The notes beneath the pieces are model-generated. The model did no database searches. It was given only the letters and a program-made list of their open reading frames with translations, and had not been told where the DNA came from. A stretch of 26,743 bases of DNA from Octopus sinensis (taxonomy: Eukaryota): positions 1 through 26,743 of the forward strand of contig NW_021834761.1 in NCBI RefSeq assembly GCF_006345805.1. Reading direction: 5' to 3'. This document shows, piece by piece, positions 20,531 through 26,743 of the stretch. The number at the start of each line of letters is the position of its first letter. Position 1 is the stretch's first letter. Both the position numbers and the translations under genes were made by a program.

Positions 20531-21290
20531 TCAATTTCCTCCGTGGAAAATTAATATTATTTGTAAATAGACCTCATCAAACTCCAAAGTACAAATACAG
20601 GCCCTGTAAGTTCAATATACCACTGTCCGCTTTCGGTATAATGTCACTCTTATCCAGCCCTCCTAACTTTATTTTTCTTCTTTCTATACTTTACTCTCAA
20701 ACCGCATCGAATAACATCTCAATTTCCTCCGTGGAAAATTAATATTATTTGTAAATAGACCTCATCAAACTCCAAAGTACAATACAGGCCCTATAAGTTC
20801 AACATACACTGTCCGCTTTCCGCTTTCGGTATAATGTCACTTTATCCAGCCCTCCTAACTTTATTTTTCTTCTTTCTATACTTTACTCTCAAAACGCATC
20901 GAATAACATCTTCTCATTTCCTCCGTGGAAAATTAATATTATTTGTAAATAGACCTCATCAAACTCCAAAGTACAAATACAGGCCCTATAAGTTCAATAT
21001 ACCACTGTCCGCTTTCGGTATCATGTCACTCTCATCTAGCGCTCCTAACTTTATTTTTCTTCTTTCTATACTTTACTCTCAAACCGCATCGAATAACATC
21101 TCAATTTCCTCCGTGGAAAATTAATATTATTTGTAAATAGACCTCATCAAACTCCAAAGTACAAATACAGGCCCTATAATTTCAACATACCACTGTCCGC
21201 TTTCGGTATCATGTCTCTCTCATCCAGCTCTCCTAACTTTATTTTTCTTCTTTCTATACTTTACTCTCAAACCGCATTGAATAACATCTC
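20531..21290. repeat. Tandem array of four ~190-bp units
   Basis: tcaatttcctccgtggaaaattaatatt... starts at 20531, 20719, ~20913 and 21101; high identity between units. Confidence 0.9.
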
Positions 21291-21331
21291 TTAACTTACC
21301 GTCTCAAAAAATTAGATTAAATACAAAAAAT

Positions 21332-21630
21332 GTGCACGTCGCCCCTCCCTGCACGCTCATGACTGACAAGTCCGATATGGGAAAGGCAGGTCCGTGAGCA
21401 GTGTCCATAGACGAAGGTAACATCCGGTGTGGTGTCAGAGGCGGCTCACGCCTTCCTCCTGCGTCTCTTGTCTTTAAGCGCATCTCTTCTTTGTTCCTCA
21501 AACTTGCTGACTGCGTTGATGATCGTGTGGCGCCAAACATCACGGTCCGCAGCCAAGTCTGACCAGCATTGGTGGTTAATTTGACATGCTGTTAGAGACT
21601 TCTTGAGGCAGTCTTTGTAGCGTATTTGGG
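21332..21630 (-). mobile_element. RTE-clade LINE 3' ORF relic
   Basis: RYKDCLKKSLTACQINHQCWSDLAADRDVWRHTIINAVSKFEEQRRDALKDKRRRRKA*..HCSRTCLSHIGLVSHERA is a typical RTE C-terminus with a degenerate C2H2-like tail. Confidence 0.8.
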
Positions 21631-21821
21631 ATTAACAAGATAACTAGTGGTTTCATGTAAAAAGATATTCATAGTAGTTCAAGAGTATCACATAGAAATG
21701 ATGGTACCTGTTTCTATCATAAAACGGAGACGAATGGTAACGTTTCTATGTGATACACCTGAGCAATTGTGAACATTTTTTCACATGAAATCATTGGCTG
21801 TCCTGTTAAGCTAAGACTAAG

Positions 21822-21859
<38 letters not shown>

Positions 21860-21963
21860 TTGTTTTATCATTGTTTGATTTCACTTTTTCAATATCAGTG
21901 TCAATCGACACTGGAAAAAGTATATGTATTTGTGAAGGGAGCTGACTTCTCGTCGACAACTTT

Positions 21964-22174
21964 GATTGTCACACGCTGATGAAAGGTAAACACATTGAAA
22001 CTCGAGTCCGTGTGTATCATAAGTTGAAGACGGGAAGGATGACTTCCCTTCACAAATACTGATAGGGCACAGATAGTGTGTCTATAGCCAGCTGGAGGAG
22101 ATATCTTCCTGGAGCTACAAACTACAGTAGCATCCACCCTTAGGGGTTAGCCATATTCAAATGGCAAATATGCG

Positions 22175-22178
<4 letters not shown>
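21964..22178 (+). mobile_element. ~215-nt hammerhead-bearing structured repeat (family E, retrozyme/Penelope-pLTR-like); type I hammerhead at 21970-22014
   Basis: cacacg-CTGATGA-aaggt aaac acatt-GAAAC TCGA GTC-cgtgtg: 6-bp stem I, canonical core, palindromic stem III (ACTCGAGT) and GUC cleavage triplet. The rest of the unit aligns to the reverse complement of 7920-8140. Confidence 0.75.
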
Positions 22179-22205
<27 letters not shown>

Positions 22206-22980
22206 GGAAATTGTTACAGTATTTCACTATGGCAGTATAGGCAATTAGACAAGGGACAAGATATTAGACGCGATGCTAATCTTCATGTTAGAGTTCTTAA
22301 GCTACCAGACATAAGATGAGAATGAAGTAATAGACTTCCTATTACGGTGTTTAAACGAAGAGACTACTAACATCCTTTATTAAAGAATTTTAGTGGAGTC
22401 AATATACGATAAGAAAAAAGAATCAATGTTTCTCGGATGATTCGTTGAACGTTTGTTTGATCATCATTTTTTGAAAGGATGCGAATTGCTGCTTATGTAG
22501 TTTCAATTAGAGAGAGCTACTTACCGTTTTGGCAATTATTACTTAACTTGATTACGGTTGCTTAAATTATTGTCATTGCGTAAAATTGTGTGTTGGAGTA
22601 AGAAATATTAGACGCCTTTCAATTGAACAGTTTGCAATATTTGAGGTAACTGAGAAAAGTCTTAAGCAGACTATTGGACTTTTTACTATTGCCAGGGTAG
22701 GGTTTACATATTACATGCTTTATTTCAAATTCTGTGTATTTCCTTGACGTCACCAGTATTGAGTCCTCGTTCTTTGCAAGGCTAGTGTGTTATTGGTAGA
22801 TAAACATATAAAACAAGCAATTACCCAGACAAATGCGCACACAGATTAACCCACTTTTGGCTCTTAATCATCTCACTGTCGGTTCGTTGTGTCTGTTTAT
22901 ATATATCTTTTTAACCTTATTTGTGTATATACATCCACACAGACATACATAATTATATATGTATTACATATATACATATG

Positions 22981-23215
22981 TATTTCTTTACTACCCACAA
23001 GGGGCTAAACATAGAGGGGACAAACAAGGACAGACAAAGGGATTAAGTCGATTACATCGACCCCAGTGCGTAACTGGTACTTAATTTATCGACCCCGAAA
23101 GGATGAAAGGCAAAGTCGACCTCGGCGGAATTTGAACCCAGAACACTTAACGGCAGACGAAATACAGCTACGCATTTCGCCCGACGTGCTAACGTTTCTG
23201 CCAGCTCGCCGCCTT
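22981..23215 (-). mobile_element. SINE family C, full length
   Basis: tatttctttactacccacaaggggc...ccagctcgccgcc; homologous to 1738-1960. Confidence 0.9.
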
Positions 23216-23507
23216 TTACATATATACATATATTACATATATACATATATTACATATATACATATATTACATATATACATATGTGTGCGCGCACACACAC
23301 ACAAAAACACATTCGGATATATATATGTTCGTCGACCAATGTTTCTATCAATCGATCTCTATATATTTCGTTTTCATTTCTGTATGTGTCTGTCTGACTA
23401 TTCTGTATACGTCGTCTCGTAGAGCATATCTTTGCATATATATTTGAGTATATATATATATATATATATCTAACTCTCGGTATTTTGGGTTCTTTTTTAT
23501 TCATCAG

Positions 23508-23838
23508 ATCTATTTCCAGAATATCTACAAGAAGAGAAATTCAAACAAGTTGCTGTGCATCTATTTATGGGACAGTCAAACTTAAAGGAGGTATTACCCG
23601 TCACGGTGCGCATGTGAATATTTACGAAACAAATGATTTCGAACAATTGTTCTACCATAAACGCTGTGTTCCCCATATTCTTAACAGACCATGTAACTTC
23701 GTATCAAAATACCTAAAATCAATATGTGTCCAGCGATACACTTACCAACACGCGATGGTAACCTACGGAGATTATAAAAGGATTTTCTATGATTTTATCA
23801 AAATCAAATCAGGTTGTGAATGTGAAGTAATCGACTGA
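23508..23838 (+). CDS. Terminal coding exon of a Spaetzle/neurotrophin-like cystine-knot protein (paralog 3)
   Basis: Acceptor tcttttttattcatcag ends at 23507, same phase 2 and same CATCAG|ATCT junction as paralog 1. Reads SISRISTRREIQTSCCASIYGTVKLKGGITRHGAHVNIYETNDFEQLFYHKRCVPHILNRPCNFVSKYLKSICVQRYTYQHAMVTYGDYKRIFYDFIKIKSGCECEVID* (109 aa). Gapless alignment to paralog 1. AATAAA at 23895-23900. Confidence 0.88.
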
Positions 23839-23894
23839 ACTTTTGTGTTTGATACAAGGCATTCACACATGTGCTAAACGAATGTATATACAAC

Positions 23895-23900
23895 AATAAA
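23895..23900 (+). promoter_or_regulatory. Putative polyadenylation signal of paralog 3
   Basis: AATAAA ~55 nt after the stop, followed by the conserved atttcggtttatag motif. Confidence 0.6.
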
Positions 23901-24136
23901 ATATTATTAACTTTGTGCTATTTCGGTTTATAGCAAATGTGCCAAGTTCATTGTCTTCAGTTTTCAGATATATTTTGTTGATTTTCTTGCATTGTGTCTT
24001 ACAACAGTTGCAGCTCTGACGACGAGAGTTTTATTCCATTATGTTTTAATCGTCTGCCAGGAGATATTTTAATTTCGTATATGGAGACAGACAAACACAC
24101 ACACAGATGTGTATATATATATATATATATATATGC

Positions 24137-24167
<31 letters not shown>

Positions 24168-24426
24168 CCGAGATGTACAGGTAGATATGTATGTTTGTAT
24201 GTGTATATATATATTATATATATAAATACAGTCGCCATGATAGATCGTTAGCCACTACACACATTTTTTCTCTCCTTGTTTCTCTCCTTGTTTTTTTCTG
24301 TGTCCCTTTCGTAGAAGAGCCTAGGCTCGAAACGTAAAATACTTTTTCTATCCTGAGCGTTATCCAATACATTTGTGGTTTGTACACCACCAGTCTTCGT
24401 CTTTTGTTTTTTCGTAAAACTCTCCC

Positions 24427-24431
24427 TATAT

Positions 24432-24474
<43 letters not shown>

Positions 24475-24526
24475 CCATATATATATACACATGAAAATAC
24501 ACATAAAATATTTATATAAATAATAA

Positions 24527-24570
<44 letters not shown>

Positions 24571-24645
24571 TATATATATATATACTATATATATATAATA
24601 CATATGTATATACAACTTATGTATATATATATATATGATATATGT
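24427..24645. repeat. Compound (TA)n microsatellite
   Basis: Direct reading of the sequence. Confidence 0.95.
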
Positions 24646-24974
24646 ATGTGGGTGTGCATGTGTCTGTGTGTATAAATGTGTGTATGATGGTACATATGTA
24701 TGTATGTATGTATGTATTTCGATTAGACTGATAACTTGGTGTTTCAGAACATATGCTTCATATGCTTCAGAACAAAGCGCTAGTCGTGCACAGATCGGCA
24801 ATACGACAGCCTATTACGTACTATTTTCACAGTATGTAATAGACATTCAAGCTCATCTTTTTCTTGGTCATAAAGAGTTAAGTAATCCACATAAAATAGT
24901 TGACTCGTGTTCGTGTTAAGTTTATGCTCATATCATCTTCTGTAAAGTTCACTTCTAAGGGGTATTAGAACTAT

Positions 24975-25390
24975 TCAGAAAATTAGGGGTGAAGTGAGTC
25001 ACTTTGGAATTTGCCGCAGTCGATGTTAATATCATTTGAAGCGATTAGTCCATTATAGTGATATAATTGGAGATTCGTGTCCCACAAAGATATATGTTTC
25101 AGGAAGTTTGAAATCACAGATATTTTGAAGACGTCCATCGATTTCAAGAACTTTGAATACGGTATACTGTTAAAGGCCTAAAGCCTTTTTGTAATCAATC
25201 CATGCGGAAGTGAGATTTCTGCGCATGCTTTAACGGTTCGGCTCTCAAGGATCATGTTGTTAATTAGAAGTTGATCTTTGCATCCATACGAGTCCCGTCG
25301 GCACCCTTTTTGTTCAATGGGCAAAAAATATATTTCTCTTCCATAAATGCATATACTTTCTCCACGAAAATAGATGTTAAAATTTTATTG
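24975..25390 (-). mobile_element. R4/Dong-clade non-LTR retrotransposon RT relic
   Basis: KILTSIFVEKVYAFMEEKYI/PIEQKGCRRDSYGCKDQLLINNMILES/RNLTSAWIDYKKA/DINIDCGKFQSDSLHP matches EQKGC..CKDQLLI, AWIDYKKA and GIFQGDSLSP motifs; frameshifts and stops present. Confidence 0.8.
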
Positions 25391-26684
25391 TGATGCATAT
25401 ACACGTTATGGGCCGCATAGCTTTGGTTTTAAACTTTGGCTTTAAACTTTAAACTTTAAACTTTAGCACGTGGTAAATAATACCACGTGCTAACCTGTCA
25501 GTCATTTTCTCAGGATCTCTCATAATTTCATTGAACGGCTGATCTAACTTTCTGTGTGCGCACGAATAATCTTTATAATAAAACCAAGCACAAATCATTA
25601 TATATATATATATAACAAGTATAATATAAATAAGTATACAACAATAACATGAATTTAATAAATATGTCTATACTCGAAACAATATAATTACAATTGCTAT
25701 ATATAGCAATTAAGACCAGATTTTTGTCTTTAATATTTAAATAAACTTTCTCTACGTACTATATTTTCTGGTTTGCGAGATCCAGAAATTTGTCACCCTA
25801 TCAAAACTGAGGGATTTCTCCTTATGAGCCATCGTGAGTGTCGGCCTTGGGCCTACTTTTGAGATGTCCTCTTATGCTTGTTCATGTAAATTTTACAGTT
25901 GTTTATCATTTGCAATATACAGTTTTAGATCATCAATATACAAGAGTTGTTTTTTTTTTGCCATACTATATTTGTATCCACACCCACTTCTGCTTTACAT
26001 ATCTGTCAGTTAAAGGCGTCAGTGCCAGACAGAAAAGGGGTGGAGAGAGGGAGAGAGCTTTTGTTATATTTCTGCTGCTTTTAAATAAAGTATATATACC
26101 CACAATACAGACAGTTAAAGGTGAGTGAACACATAGAAAGATGTGCCAGGAATCTTAGTCCCAATTTCCAAATATTTCCCTTTTACCAATGTTCACAGAA
26201 CACTACAATGCAACAAAGGTTGAATAAAGAGGTATTTTTCATCAATAGATTTCTCCCCCAACTAAATATGAACACACAACTCAATACAGAACACCACTAA
26301 CTCTTCAATTGAAACCACTAAACCCTATACACTTCCTACACCACTCATCTCTAAATCCAGAACTACTTACACCCCCTTACAATAATCTTTTTTTTCTCAG
26401 AACTATTAGACCTGACACCGTGTATTAACCGGTGTTGTTCAAACGATGAATAATTTAGTAAACCATGGTTCGTTTTTTTTCTCTTACTTTATTATCATCT
26501 ATAATCATCTCATAATAATGACTTCTATGACTCGTATTACTACCTCAGTCATCTAAATGTATATATTTCTCGTTACGTGTCATAAATAGCCTTTTCTATT
26601 TGCAATGTGCATTTCATTGATTTTTCATATTTACCCTTACATTTCCACGTGTATTTTTATTTTCTTTTCGTAACATATTTCTAC

Positions 26685-26687
<3 letters not shown>

Positions 26688-26743
<56 letters not shown>
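26688..26743. repeat. (TA)n microsatellite running to the window end
   Basis: Pure TA run. Confidence 0.95.

Noticed and set aside
8748-21290. Regularly spaced 164, 184 and ~190-bp repeats as a possible CRISPR-like array
   Set aside because: Units are contiguous tandem duplications without unique spacers, there are no cas genes, and the context is eukaryotic
1355-26128. Most ORFs in the supplied track (YIYI/HTHT/CVCV-rich, and the repeated MVVIPAVLF, MSSNARG, MLGGQTQ and MFIERKH ORFs)
   Set aside because: They are translations of TA/CA microsatellites or of multi-copy SINE bodies, and most start at TTG/GTG, with no protein-family features

Overview
AT-rich, microsatellite-laden eukaryotic genomic DNA, most likely from an octopus/coleoid cephalopod (inferred from the tRNA-derived SINE families and repeat landscape; no database check was possible). 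Almost all of the ORF track is spurious (microsatellite or SINE sequence). The real gene content is a same-strand tandem cluster of three paralogous terminal exons encoding a 7-cysteine Spaetzle/neurotrophin-like cystine-knot domain. Two are intact (4342-4654 and 23508-23838, identical CC-x36-C-x8-C-x10-C-x29-CxC spacing, ~34% identity) and one is a pseudogene broken by a SINE, a stop codon and a lost Cys (~9425-10116). Their signal-peptide/pro-domain exons could not be identified. The second layer is RNA structure: at least six type I hammerhead-ribozyme-like motifs. These include a structured ~215-nt retrozyme-like repeat in three diverged copies with covarying hairpins, and several motifs with an atypical CCGANGA core. 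The remainder is four SINE families (15 copies; two have an internal segment in three tandem copies), Penelope-like RT/GIY-YIG relics, R4/Dong and RTE LINE relics, two Helitron-type elements, a piggyBac-type MITE, long palindromes and tandem repeats. All counts and alignments were done by hand.
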